From NCBI GenBank assembly GCA_964234715.1, contig OZ174276.1: DNA of 64,000 nt. One strand, given 5' to 3'. The notes below the pieces were generated by a model that saw nothing but the letters and a program-made list of their open reading frames with translations, was not told the DNA's origin and did not search any database. This document shows, in pieces, positions 23,901 to 35,275 of the stretch. Each line of letters begins with the position of its first letter. The stretch's first letter is position 1. This DNA comes from Podarcis melisellensis. Taxonomy: Eukaryota. A program made the position numbers and the translations under genes.

Positions 23901-26900
23901 CTTCAGAAATTCTCATTGTCTGTTTTGGGCTAAATGACTTTTTGTAATGCTACTGTAGTTCTTTTCACAGTACTGTATCTGTTGTTGGATCAGAAGAGAT
24001 TAGTTTACACTTGGCTCCTTGTCGGAAACAGTTTTATATAATGTTATGTCACAGTCTTGCTCTGGCAAAAAATGTTTCCCTGTATTGAAAATATTTATAT
24101 CCATTTTCTTTTGTTTGTAATTACTGGTTTCTTCATCAATACAATTTCCCCCTGCATCTATTCTGGTTTCTTGTGTGTATAACTACAGTAAATACCACTC
24201 AGTGTGGTGCTTTGTCCTGCAACTGAAAAACCCTGTAACTAGAAAATAACTAATTGGTGGTTTAGCTGATGTGTTACTATTGTTATTGTATTAATCTAAG
24301 GAATTTGCTTAGCTCATCCAACAGACAGCGAGTAACCAATGTTTTCTGTCTTCTTATCTAGCAAGACAGACTTGTTTATTATAATCATGCCTTAAAATGC
24401 TAAAACCATTAAAGGCCATTAGTGTTGGTTCGTTTTTTAGTGAATTAGTTAAATTGTAATCCTAGACACACTTAATCTGGAAAAAAGTCTCATTGAACTC
24501 TGCAAGACTTAATCATTTGCAGGAATTAATCGTTTTTTGCTTTTCTTAACTGGCACTATGAGGCAAATGTAGCTTGTATGGTGCTTAATCTCTTTGCATT
24601 ATTAATTTTCCAGCTCAAACCCCATATTCTCTTTTATATTTTGGTAGTTATGGCTTCTGAGGAAGAAGAAGAGATGGTCACTGCAGAGATGGGGTCACCA
24701 GCCCTCCAGAAGAAAAGTTCTCTGGCTGGGTCATTAGACCATATTCCTAACAGAATAGGATGCTCACTGTCTCCTGAACCTTCTAGCAATAAGGCAGATT
24801 CCCAGGATTCCAAAAGTGAGTCTGTCCTCTGTTGAGGTTGCTGCTGAGCCTTGTCCATGGTGTATGTGATGGTGACAGTCCCATTAGGTGACTTTAAAGC
24901 AGATCTGAACCCGTTGCTTATCACTTGTTTTATAAAGTGGTGTCACTGCTTATAATTTACACTGTCTCTTGGTGAAATAATTTGAAAGGTTTCATGACTA
25001 ACAAAAGTATTGTTCACATGAAAAATATAGCAAAAAGAATACAGTGTGTTTCAAAAGTTTGCAATGTTTGTGTTAAATACTGAGAGTTTAATAAAATGTT
25101 TCTTTTTCAATATGTGGTAAATACAGTATACAGTATTTTCAATTTTTTTGGCTTTATGTGAAAGTACATTGTGAGGAACAGCAATGAGCTTACCAAATAG
25201 CTAATTAATGAACATATGCAAATATGATCTACCAACATTATGTACCATTATTGATTTGGGGGTTGGGGTATTTACCCCATTGCTTGTTACAGTGTACAAC
25301 CAAATAGCCATTTTGTGGTTTTTCTTCATTTTAAAGGAAATGTAGAATATATGCTGTGAGGGATCCTAACTTTCTGAATTAATATTGTAATGCTTTTGAA
25401 ACCAAGAAGAGATAAATATTTCTGATTTCATCTTTAAAATGATCACAAGTAGCCACTTGGTATAAATACTATTTAAAACATTTTTACCCTACTCTGTGGC
25501 TGAAAAGGCTCACAACTTACAGTCTAAAAGACACAATACCAAAGGAAAAATGAATGAGGAAGGAAGAGGAAAATGAGGAAATTCAGGCATCAATTCTTAA
25601 GGTTACATTGTAGCTCTTATAATGACCAGCTGGGATGGAAACAATTCAGGGAGAAGAGGGGTGTGATAAAGCTCCTCTCTCAGCAGACAATCAAATGGCC
25701 CGCCTATATTTACCTCTGCTACAGTCTGATGGAATAGACTTCATTGTTTTTGACTGTATTTGGGTAGGAGAATCAGGCCGTGATACTTGAAATGTTACTG
25801 AAAATAAGAATTATAATGTTTTGTGAACAAGGAGACTAAAGGGGGTATTTATAGTGTGGCTTTCACCGACTTAGCATAAGGCGCATGTCACCAATTTTGT
25901 GTGAGAACACGGGTCAAAGTGATGGTTGCAGGGCGGACTAGTAGTTGTGATGCTGATTTTTGCAGAAGGAATTTGACCATCCAGCACCATTTTTTACTAA
26001 AGCTTAGTGAAGTCATCTGTTGCAAAATAAAGAGCCAGTCTATTTAGCGAGTCCAATGCTAAACTGATGATACCTGGCTTGTTTATGGAGCCGGGTCCAA
26101 ATCAAGATAACGTGGTGTGCACTTGTGCTCTACTGACTGGTAGCAAAGGCAGTGTGGGGTTCAGCTTAACCTTGTCTCAATAAGTCACTCTCCTCTTTCC
26201 AGCACCAAACCTCACAACATGTGAGGTCTGTGGCGTCTGCTTCGAGACCCGCAAGGGCCTGTCCAGCCATGCCCGTTCTCACTTACGTCAGCTCGGTGTG
26301 GCTGAGTCTGAGAGCAGTGGAGCCCCCATCGACTTACTCTATGAACTGATGAAGCAGAAGGGCAAAGTGGACAGTGGCCCCATCTCTCCAAGTCTTAGCA
26401 AAAAATCTGCTTCTCCCAAAGAAGGGACTGCAGGGTCCTCACAGCCGACACTGCTGCCTCCCAACAAAGCTACGGAACGGCCGCAAGAGGCACCTATAAA
26501 CAAAGCAATCAAATGCCCTCCAGGTTTCACCCCCAAGAATGTTGCCCAGCCAGGATCTCCCATACTCAAGAAAGTGACACCTGCTCTGCCTGGTTCTCCT
26601 CTGCCAAAGACCCCCGAAGACAAAAGCCCCAAGCTACCGCTGAGCCCTCTGCAGAGTTCTCCTAAAGCACAGTGGTCACAACCGGAGGAAGAAGGCCCCT
26701 TAAATCTAAGTGAGTCTGTTTGATGCTGATGCTGCTTGTGAACAGGAGAGCTGGCTTGCAGTTTGCTGCTGCAGGGAGCGCTTGTGTTTCACATTACCTT
26801 GTAGCGTGAACCAGTGTAGGGCTGCCCACCCCAAGGCGTATTTTACACCTATTGGCTCTGCACAGGCTGCTTGCTTCATTCGTACATACGGCATCTTGCA

Positions 26901-29900
26901 TACACCACAATAAAGGAAGGGCATAAAGGACTTATTGCATAAGTTTGATCTCCTGCAAAAGTGTCCCTTCCTATTTCTAGAACAACTGATGAACTGTGAT
27001 CCTTTAGTGTTGTCCCGAAGGGTTTCTTCCCTTCTCTGAGCTGGGTGAGCAGGAGTATTTAAAAATCATTATTCCTAGGCACCTTTTTAGTAAATCTCTT
27101 TTCCCAAAAGCGGAAGTTTCCTCAACTGGCTCTTCCCCAAAACCAATCTCTAAGAGGGTCAGTCATATTAATTTTATTCATTGGATGGGCCACAAAGCCT
27201 TCCCATGTGTCTTTTTGATTTGTGCCTGGAGATTTTTAAACTCACTAGTGAAAGTAGGGATGTTTATCTCTTGAAGGGAGAACAACTATAGACACTATAT
27301 GTTTCTTTCCAAAGCCCTGAGCGAAACTCTTATCGGAAGAAAAGACTGAGAGACCCTCTGAGATCTTCTGCATAGCTGTTCATTTAAAACCAAAATTCTT
27401 AGCAATCTTTCAGAATAAAGAGTGAGGAATTTAGTGCTCTCAGTACCTAATTAAAAGCAATTTCTGCTACATCTGAGCCATTGCTTCCCCTGTTGTACAT
27501 TATCTGTTTGCCCTTCTTCTCAGGGCCTATAGTAAGGCTTGTGGACTTGCAGCTGATGTTGGAGTTTGAAGATTAACATAATCTGTGCTTCTTTTGGGCT
27601 ATAACATTCAACAGTGTTTTCTATTAAAGCTGGCAGAAATGGCACAAGCCACCCAGTATCTCTGCTTCAGTCTTGTACAGTGTTCTCTTGCATTGGAGGA
27701 AAATCATAGAAAATCAGCACTGCTTCTGCCATTTCAGTTCTTTTTAAAAGCCGTTTTACAACTGTTGCTGGTGAAGGAGTAGTGAGTTCTCACTTGGTGT
27801 GTTGAGGCAGAGGTAAGGAGAATCGTAAAGAGAGGGGAATTTTCTGGTGGGCTTGGCTCAAGGTACCAAGGCCAGTCCTATCTGGGGGTGGGGAAAGATA
27901 ACAGTGCACAAGGTGTATATTGTGGTATCTTCTATTGACCCGGCAGCAACAAACTCTGCAGCATCAGTTGTAAGGAAGTGTTCGATGACATCCTGACCTG
28001 TCTACCCCACAACTGAGTTACTGCTTCTTTCATCAGGGAACCTTCAATTTAAAAGCCCCTTTTCCAAGTCCCGTTTGCCTTCTTCTCTAACTGCATTGTC
28101 ATGGGCCGCAGATTCTTAACATAATATTGTGGTGTCAGTTGAGCACTGGAGTCCTTAGATATGTTGTGATTCTTCCTCAAGCATACAATTGAAAAAGAGT
28201 TGCTGAGAAAGTCAACACCATTTATATAGCTGCTTCCCATTCCCATTTCGAGGTGTAATCCATTCCTAAACATAACTCTTTGCCCTGGCATTGATACTTT
28301 ACTTGCACTTCATATTTTTGAAATTGCTGCAAGAACCTTTGCTTTTATTGTTCTTTGCTTTTATTTTTATTTTTTGCTTTTAGGCTCTGCCTTGGCTGAT
28401 AAGATTTTGAACTGTGTTTCATCCGGTCAGTTGTATATGAAAGTGGAGGTTTATAATCAACAAACTTTGCAATTTTCTAGATAGCTTACATGGCTTCTTA
28501 GAACATTCCTGGGAATTTGAATTTGCTGGTGACGGAAATTGGCATAAATCTGCATGAACTAAAATAAACTCTTAAAGTGGCAGTTCTGCCCTCATTGAGT
28601 AATAACAGCTGTCAATTCTGGGTTCAACTCATTTCTTCCTAATGGCTTATACCACATGCTGCTGGACTATGTAAGAGTCATAGCACAGAAAACGTCACTG
28701 CTGTCCATCTTTATTTTGAAATCAAAACCCAAAGCTCAATAGCGAATCAAAGAAACCCCATGGACCTTACAGGCATGAGAAACAATTACAGTTTGGAAAG
28801 TGTTGTATTTAACATTGTGCCATTATTGGGGATGACCATTTATATTAAGATTCTTCAGTCTGAAGGATTGAAATGCTAGGCAAAAATGCAAATGCTTTGG
28901 ACCTCTTAAACTGACGGTTTAATTTTTTAAGTCACTCTTTCTGTTTGCCACATTGCTTTTCCAGCATGAACCCAGCTGGCAGCTTGAAGCTTTGCTCAGT
29001 CTGGGACTAGGGTTGTCTGACACTGCAGTTTTTGACATTGCTGTTTTCAAAAGTTACTGGTGTCTGAAATGCCTGATGGTTTAAGCTGAGATGGAAAAGG
29101 CTTGAGCATCATGTTTTCAGGAAAGAGAATGTTCAAACTTGACCTGGGCCACTAAAAGGAAATCTGGTTAAATGCAAGTCTTCTGAGAGAATTTCTGCTT
29201 AACTGTTAAACCAGCATCAGTGGGTACAGGTGAATAACTTGGCTTTCCTTTAAGGCTGCTTGCTAAATCCTACTAGGAAACCACTTTACCATTTCTGGAG
29301 TGAGAAATGGGGCCTTTAGAACAAAAAAAGGAACAAGGTCCTTTTCAGGTTGTAGCGGGTACTTGAGACACATCAATTGTGTGATCGTATCTATTGTGAT
29401 CAATGTGTTCTTTTTTCCGCAGCTGTAGATAGTGACTCGGGCAGAGAAATTGACTGCCAGTTATGTGGTGCCTGGTTTGAAACCAGAAAAGGGCTGTCGA
29501 GTCACGCTAGAGCCCACCTGAGACACCTGGGAGTGAGCGATCCAGATGCTAAAGGATCTCCTATTGATGTTTTAAATGATCTCATCAAAAGCGAAGACTT
29601 CAAAGGCCGCCCTCCTTCTCTCCTCCATAGCGAGAGAGAAACATTAGGGGAGACTGGGAGCTCTGATGGACCCAGCCCAAAGAGCACAGCTACAGCAGCG
29701 CCTGCCACAGGCATGAAACAAGCACACGCACCAAGGCCTTTGGGCAAACAGCCATCTGTACTCTCACCTCACTCCCCTCCACCATCCAAGAAGTTGAAGC
29801 CACATGGCCACAGGCTGTCAGCTGCGGCCAGCCTGCAAAGGAAACAGGGTCTTTCTTCCAGTGCGTACTGGGCAGCAGATGCTGAGATGGCTCCACTCAA

Positions 29901-32900
29901 TCTCTGTAGGTTCTATCAGCACTGGCTCCTGTCCCCTCCTCTTCCTCTCCCCCTTCCTAGTCTTGTTTATGTGACATGGAGCTGTACGCTTAGAAATCCA
30001 GGCCCCTTGCCATTTCCTGCCACCATGTCCAATAAGCAGCAAAGGGTTGGGGAGCAAGCATTTTGGCCCACATGCTTTTCTTGCAAAGCTTTTTCTGAAA
30101 TGTATAATGCAGCTTTCCCAGCTGGCCTGTGCGTGTGCTGAAGTTAACTCTTCCCTGTCCGGGTATTTTCTCCACGGTTATCTCTTGCTCCACATGGATG
30201 CCATCTCCCTGTCCCAGATAGGAGAAGGCTATATGGTTGCTCTTCAGTTAAGAGTATCACAAGACAAGTGTGGATTCAATCTGATCTGCTGCAGATGGAA
30301 GGGGAATTAATTAAGCAGTTTGAAGGGAAGAGTGTGCAATCTTACATAGCCTGAGCCATTTGGTGGCCATTGGTTTGAAATTGACTGCTGCATATTTCAC
30401 AGCACTCATTGGCTTTGTTTAGCATCAGCAAAATGCTCAGTACTGATGTGTTTCTCCATGGCATTTAATGTCTTAGCAGTTACAGAGCAAGGAAGAAGAT
30501 TGCTTCTGCCATTTCCAATTTTACCAGGGCTTTAAAGTGGCACTGCGACCCATTTCAGAGATGGAGGGGACAACTGCCTCCAGGTGGTGGGATTCCAGCT
30601 ATTTCCCTCCCTCAGTGCAGGGAGAGTAGATGAGACCAGTCAAAGTGTGATCTGCATACTGCTGGCTTTAAAGCTGTTAAATAGCCATGGGCACCCCATA
30701 TTGAATGGCGTGTCTCACCCCTTTGCACTAGCTGTCCTGCATTACCTAAAGGAGGCTGCATGGCTCAAGCTTACGGTGGCAAATACAGAGCACTAGGTGG
30801 TTCTTCCCCTGACACACATTGGGAAATGAGTCTTCTCTGAACTTCCTGACAGGGAGAATTAAGGCATTGAATTCTGGGACGGGAAAAGGTATTCAGCATT
30901 TCTCATTGTGGGATTTCCTATTCAGCTGTACAGCAAATGTACTTTCATCCCGACGGGTGGCCCTTCGTTTTGACAGTGGGATCATGGAGAAGAAACTGGC
31001 CTTCATGCCCGATTCCTTGCACGCACATGATCATCTTCCTTTGAAAGCTTGATCAGGGTGTGAAGGAAAGCACACACCTTCTGGTATACCTCCTTGCTAA
31101 TCTCATGACATAGGACCAGCCATTCTCAGCATTTTTTATAATTTGGCAGCACCTGCTCTTCACTGTCTCCTGTCATGTATCCAGTGTCCCCTGCTCTGAC
31201 CACATCCTACCCCAGCTTTCATGCTTCACAGGGATTGTTGGTGGTTTATTTATTTTTTTTCCTTTGGCCAATCTTGTTAAGGTATCAGCTTTGTCTTGTG
31301 TGAAATCCTTGTGCTATGTGCCTGCTTCATACTGCCTTGTAAGGGAATAACCTAGTTGGTGTCCACGTCACATCCTGCTCCCTGCCCAATCCCCTTTTCA
31401 GCCTCTGTAATGGCCTGTCTCTCCTCTCCTCTTTCTCCTCAGCCTCTGGAGCAGAACCTGTGCGGGATATCAGGTGTGAGTTCTGCGGTGAATATTTTGA
31501 GAACCGGAAAGGGCTCTCCAGCCATGCCAGGTCGCACCTCCGCCAGATGGGGGTCACTGAGTGGTATGTGAATGGCTCGCCCATCGACACCCTCCGAGAA
31601 ATCCTAAAAAGGCGAGCTCAGCCTCGGACCAGTACCTCCAACTCCCCAGCACAGGGTCAGAAATCACTTGCTCTGTCTGTTCTTGGAGGCTCCCTGGAGT
31701 CACGCGGTCCAGGGGAGAGCCATGTGCCTCCCATGCCTAAGAAGGCACAGCAGCCAGGGAGCCCCTTGGGGCACTCTCCTACCTCTTCTCCCCCAACCGC
31801 TAGAAAAATCTTCCCTGGGCTTTCTTCTCCCTCTTTGCACAAGAAACTGAAACAAGATCAGCTGCGTATGGAAATCAAGCGGGAAATGATGTCTGGGGGA
31901 CTTCATAATGATTCACATCTATCTGATAGAGCTTGGTCACCACGGGAGGAGATGTCCCCACTCAATCTCTGTAAGTGTTAGCAACAGGGGCTGTATGCAT
32001 AAGCCTTTGGAGATGGGCAAAAATGCATGTTGGAATGGGTGTGAAAGGGAAGAATTGGGAATTAGGGCTACGTGATTTTTTCCCTCAGTAAACAGGATGC
32101 TGCTGCCTAGTAATCAAGATCTCAGGCAGCATCAGCTTTATGCTCATGCATTCCTGCACTGGAGATTCTGAGAGCTTGTGACCATGTTGTATGGATTCCT
32201 TGTAAGATTGCTATTAGTGATTGGGGCCTTAGTACAGCGAGAAACTTTCTGTGTTTCCTCATTGGCAAAATAAATGCAAATATTCAGATACTCCTGTCTC
32301 CAAATGTGCAATCACTCTAGAACTAACAGAGTGTTGAGAAGCATGCTAGCTTTGGGCGTGGAGGACCCAGACCTGGAACCTGTTCAGCCTTTAAATTAAA
32401 TGGGTGGCTTATCAGATATAAGTGAGATAAGTAGTTCATTTTGTGTGTGTGTGTTTTGAAAAGCACTGCAGAAATAAATAAGAAGGTTGTGAGAGGTGCA
32501 TGGCTGGTTGCTAATTACTTGCCTTTGAGTGTAAAGCATTCTCTGTGCATGTTGATTTGTCTTCTGCAGCCTCTCGTGCTGACCCCGTGCGGGATATTCG
32601 GTGTGAGTTTTGTGGTGAGTTTTTTGAGAACCGGAAGGGGCTCTCCAGCCATGCCAGATCTCACTTGCGCCAGATGGGAGTAACTGAGTGGTCAGTCAAT
32701 GGCTCCCCCATCGACACGCTACGAGAAATCATAAAGAAAAAGAACAAGCCGTGCTTGATAAAGAAAGAGCCAAACACAATGAGCATTGAGCTTCCGCAGC
32801 CCATGGGGGAGGATGGAGCTGATCCTAAATCCCCTGGGAAAATGCTGCAGCCCATGGCCTTGTCCCCGCTGGGCGGGAGGACTGGGAAACCACACCTTGG

Positions 32901-35275
32901 TCGGGAGGTTAGTCTGTCACCACTCAAGTCACCGGAGGGCTTCTTGGCACCACTCTCCACTAAGCGCCCGCTGCCAGATGAGCGGCTGAGCGGCCACAGT
33001 GAAGTGAAGCAGAAAACCTACATCCAGACGGAATTGCCATTCAAAGCCAAGCATGTGCATGACAAGCCCACTCATACATGTAAGTGCAACCCCAGAATGG
33101 GGGAAGGGATAAGGTTGGGATCCTAATAAACCTTGGTATTCTATTTCAGGGCCTTCCCTTATGAAATTGAGTTGCTTGTTGGGCTGGGAGGGTAGATGCA
33201 ACAGTGTACATATGGACCTCATATAAAAGGTATTCCACTACAGCCTTTAGAAAAACCTTTTGATGCAAGGCAGTGTCCTGATAGGTAGGGTTTTTTTTAA
33301 CATATAGTGGGCTTAGAGTTAGCCAACAACCCTGGTGTAGTACGTTGCCTCTTCTCCTTCTCTGGTATCAGCTAGCCTTTATGCGTCCTCTGGCTGGTAG
33401 AGAGTTATTTCATTATCTTTGGGGATTCAAACATTGGGCAAATCAGTAAATGCTGTAAACTTCCATGTCTTCAGCCGTAGGGCCAAAGTGGGCATCTTGC
33501 CTACTTATGGGCAAAGGATTCTGGGGTTTGGTTTACTTGACTTGTGGGCTACAGGTGATGGCAGTGCTTAGAAGTTTCAAAGTGGGCTTTTCGGGCTGTT
33601 TGTATTGATCCCTGAGGATCCTTTGTGGGGAAATAAGAGTAGTGCCATGGAGCAAATAAGTCCTGGTGCTCTACACTTGAACTGCTACTGCTTAAGTCCT
33701 TTACTGAAGGTTTTGCTCAGTCTAGCTCCCTGCCATTTCTGCTCCCAGCCAGCGAAGCCTGCTGTGAACTGTGTGGCCTCTACTTTGAGAACCGCAAGGC
33801 GCTGGCCAGCCATGCTCGTGCGCACCTCAGGCAGTTTGGAGTGACTGAATGGTGTGTGAACGGCTCCCCAATCGAGACTTTGAGTGAGTGGATCAAGCAT
33901 CGTCCCCAGAAAGCCGGAGCCTATCGCAGCTACATCCAAGGTGGGCGGCCCTTCACCAAAAAGTTCCGCAACGCATCTCACGTGCGCGACAACGATGCTT
34001 CTGGGAAGAGGGCTCCCCTGAGCCTGCAGGCAGGCAGCCCTCCACTGGCGAACAGAAGCCTCGGTGGGGAGATAGTGCCCAGTGAGCCTAGCAAAGCTGT
34101 GGATGGTGGCAGTGGCAGTGGCGGCAATGGCGGTGATCGACCTGCAGTCACGTCACCTCTGTCGCTGGTAAAGATGGAGGAGCATCAGCAGCATAACATA
34201 AACAGTGAGTCATTTCTCCCAGAATTTCAACACAGGGCCCATCTGGGTACAAGGCTTTCTGGCCGGTCGGGAGGCCTTCTTGAGGCGGCGGCTGTATCTT
34301 CCTGGGGGGTGGGAGTGGTGGCAGTGAATGTTCAGGCACCAATTTAATTTCTCAGTATTCCCAAATTATTCATTGGCCCCAATGCTTTGGGTAGCTTCAC
34401 CTTTGGCCTCAGAGAAATTCCTCAACAGATTGGCAAGTAAAGTTCTTAGTCATGGGGAGACGTTCAGCATGACAATGCTATTCGTGTTGCTTCCCCACTC
34501 TCCCACATGACTTCTAGACTTTCTCCTGCCCCACCTTTCTTTTCTTCATAAAAATGTTTTCACAAATTTCCTTTTTCATTCCAAATACATCACAGCCAAT
34601 GCTGTTTGCTATATCCCAGCATCCTTTCCGAAACAAATTTCCCCCCCTGTTCACTAGAGTTTGAGCGGAGGCAGGCCAAGCCCGTTGAGGCTCCTCCACC
34701 TCGAGAAGAGGAGATTGCTGATCTGCAGCAGAAGGTTGAAGAGGTCCGCCAGCCACCTCCCAGAGTGAGACCTGTGCCCTCCTTGGTTCCTAGGCCACCA
34801 CAGACCTCCTTGGTGAAGTTTGTGGGCAACATCTACACGCTGAAGTGCAGGTTTGTGCCATTGTTCCATTTTGCTAATGCTCTTTTCTGCAGTGAAATTT
34901 GAATGGCTTTATAGTGTGGGCAGTTTGCTCTTAAACCTATTATAGGCAACAATCTTCTTGTACCTGGCCTCTTGGAGGCAGGGCAAGAGATGGGCAGGCA
35001 GCCTCAATTCCCACACACCCCTTTCCCACATTCTACTTTTAGAGGGTTTCCCTACGCGCTTTGAGATGAGCAAATCTTCAGCTTGGTTCAAATAGACTTT
35101 TGTGTTCTCTTTGTGCAGGTTCTGCGAAGTGGAGTTCCAGGGACCCCTCTCCATCCAAGAGGAGTGGGTGCGGCACCTCCAGCGCCACATCTTGGAGACT
35201 AACTTCTCCAAGGCCGATGCTTTGCGAAGTGGGACCGATGTGCCTGCGGCACCACCTGTAGCCGAGGCCCAGTAG
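12521..35275 (+). CDS. WIZ: WIZ long isoform, spliced CDS join(12521..14951,15204..15569,24648..24815,26203..26709,29423..29905,31443..31970,32570..33079,33749..34204,34658..34850,35119..35275); 1932 aa from ATG 12521 (true start may be further upstream)
   Basis: Twelve widely spaced C2H2 fingers with WIZ-type signatures (CIECSIYFK, CPKCVFGTNSS, CEFCGxxFENRKGLSSHARSH, KFVGNIYTLKCRFCEVEF). All junctions are GT-AG and phase-compatible, and exon lengths sum to 5799 nt. ATG 12521 has good Kozak context (acaATGg). The gene sits next to AKAP8L, as in mammals. Confidence 0.93.
15204..15569 (+). CDS. WIZ: WIZ exon, zinc finger 6 (VANFDP..MRCEFCGAGFDTRAGLSSHARAH)
   Basis: Acceptor ctttcacag, donor G|GTAAGC, phase 1-1, 366 nt. 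Confidence 0.93.
18138..18488 (-). mobile_element. Full-length Sauria SINE with 13-bp TSD
   Basis: A and B boxes on the minus strand, 3' end ...GGGGTCCCTTTACCTT. TSD ATCCCTGACCTTA at 18125-18137 and 18489-18501. Confidence 0.93.
20907..21513 (+). mobile_element. 5'-truncated Bov-B (RTE clade) LINE fragment
   Basis: Translation DFTFLGSMITADGDSSHEIKRRLLLGRK..DITLPTKVRIVKAMVFPVVMYGSESWTIKK..FELWCWRR is typical of the Bov-B ORF C-terminal part. Tail gactaaacgactaaacaacaac. TSD TTAAACTGTC at 20897-20906 and 21514-21523. Confidence 0.93.
22200..23100 (+). promoter_or_regulatory. CpG island / internal promoter of WIZ short isoform; YY1 consensus CAAGATGGCGGC overlapping the start codon (22475-22486)
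   Basis: Sharp rise in GC and CpG content against AT-rich flanks. Contains a first-exon-type donor. Confidence 0.8.
22479..22578 (+). CDS. WIZ: WIZ alternative first coding exon (short isoform, MAASTPSQPKATKAVAAPRPREDEASAGPPPEA); splices to 24648 to give about 1033 aa with fingers 7-12
   Basis: ATG in strong context (aagATGg) inside a CpG island. The consensus donor CCG|GTAAGT is in phase 1, matching the 24648 acceptor. Confidence 0.8.
23660..23850 (-). mobile_element. MIR-like ancient SINE remnant
   Basis: gaaagagtgtgacgggcccaagatcactgggtaaacttcatggctgagcgggaatttgaatc resembles the MIR core/B-box region in reverse. Confidence 0.5.
24648..24815 (+). CDS. WIZ: WIZ exon (VMASEEEEEMVTAEMGSP...DSK)
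   Basis: Acceptor tatattttggtag, donor A|GTGAGT, phase 1-1, 168 nt. Confidence 0.85.
26203..26709 (+). CDS. WIZ: WIZ exon, zinc finger 7 (LTTCEVCGVCFETRKGLSSHARSH) ending GPLNL
   Basis: Acceptor ctctttccag, donor A|GTGAGT, phase 1-1, 507 nt. Confidence 0.93.
29423..29905 (+). CDS. WIZ: WIZ exon, zinc finger 8 (IDCQLCGAWFETRKGLSSHARAH) ending MAPLNL
   Basis: Acceptor ttttttccgcag, donor T|GTAGGT, phase 1-1, 483 nt. Confidence 0.92.
31443..31970 (+). CDS. WIZ: WIZ exon, zinc finger 9 (IRCEFCGEYFENRKGLSSHARSH) ending MSPLNL
   Basis: Acceptor tttctcctcag, donor T|GTAAGT, phase 1-1, 528 nt. Confidence 0.93.
32570..33079 (+). CDS. WIZ: WIZ exon, zinc finger 10 (IRCEFCGEFFENRKGLSSHARSH)
   Basis: Acceptor tcttctgcag, donor T|GTAAGT, phase 1-1, 510 nt. 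Confidence 0.93.
33749..34204 (+). CDS. WIZ: WIZ exon, zinc finger 11 (ACCELCGLYFENRKALASHARAH)
   Basis: Acceptor tctgctcccag, donor A|GTGAGT, phase 1-1, 456 nt. Confidence 0.93.
34658..34850 (+). CDS. WIZ: WIZ penultimate exon (KFERRQ...KFVGNIYTLKCR)
   Basis: Acceptor tgttcactag, donor AG|GTTTGT, phase 1-2. Confidence 0.9.
35119..35275 (+). CDS. WIZ: WIZ last coding exon (FCEVEFQGPLSIQEEWVRHLQRH...AEAQ*), completes finger 12
   Basis: Acceptor tttgtgcag, stop TAG at 35273-35275. Confidence 0.92.

Noticed and set aside
12406-35275. Assignment to the paralogue ZNF644
   Set aside because: The repeated single-finger exons with PLNL ends, the WIZ-type finger sequences and adjacency to AKAP8L favour WIZ.
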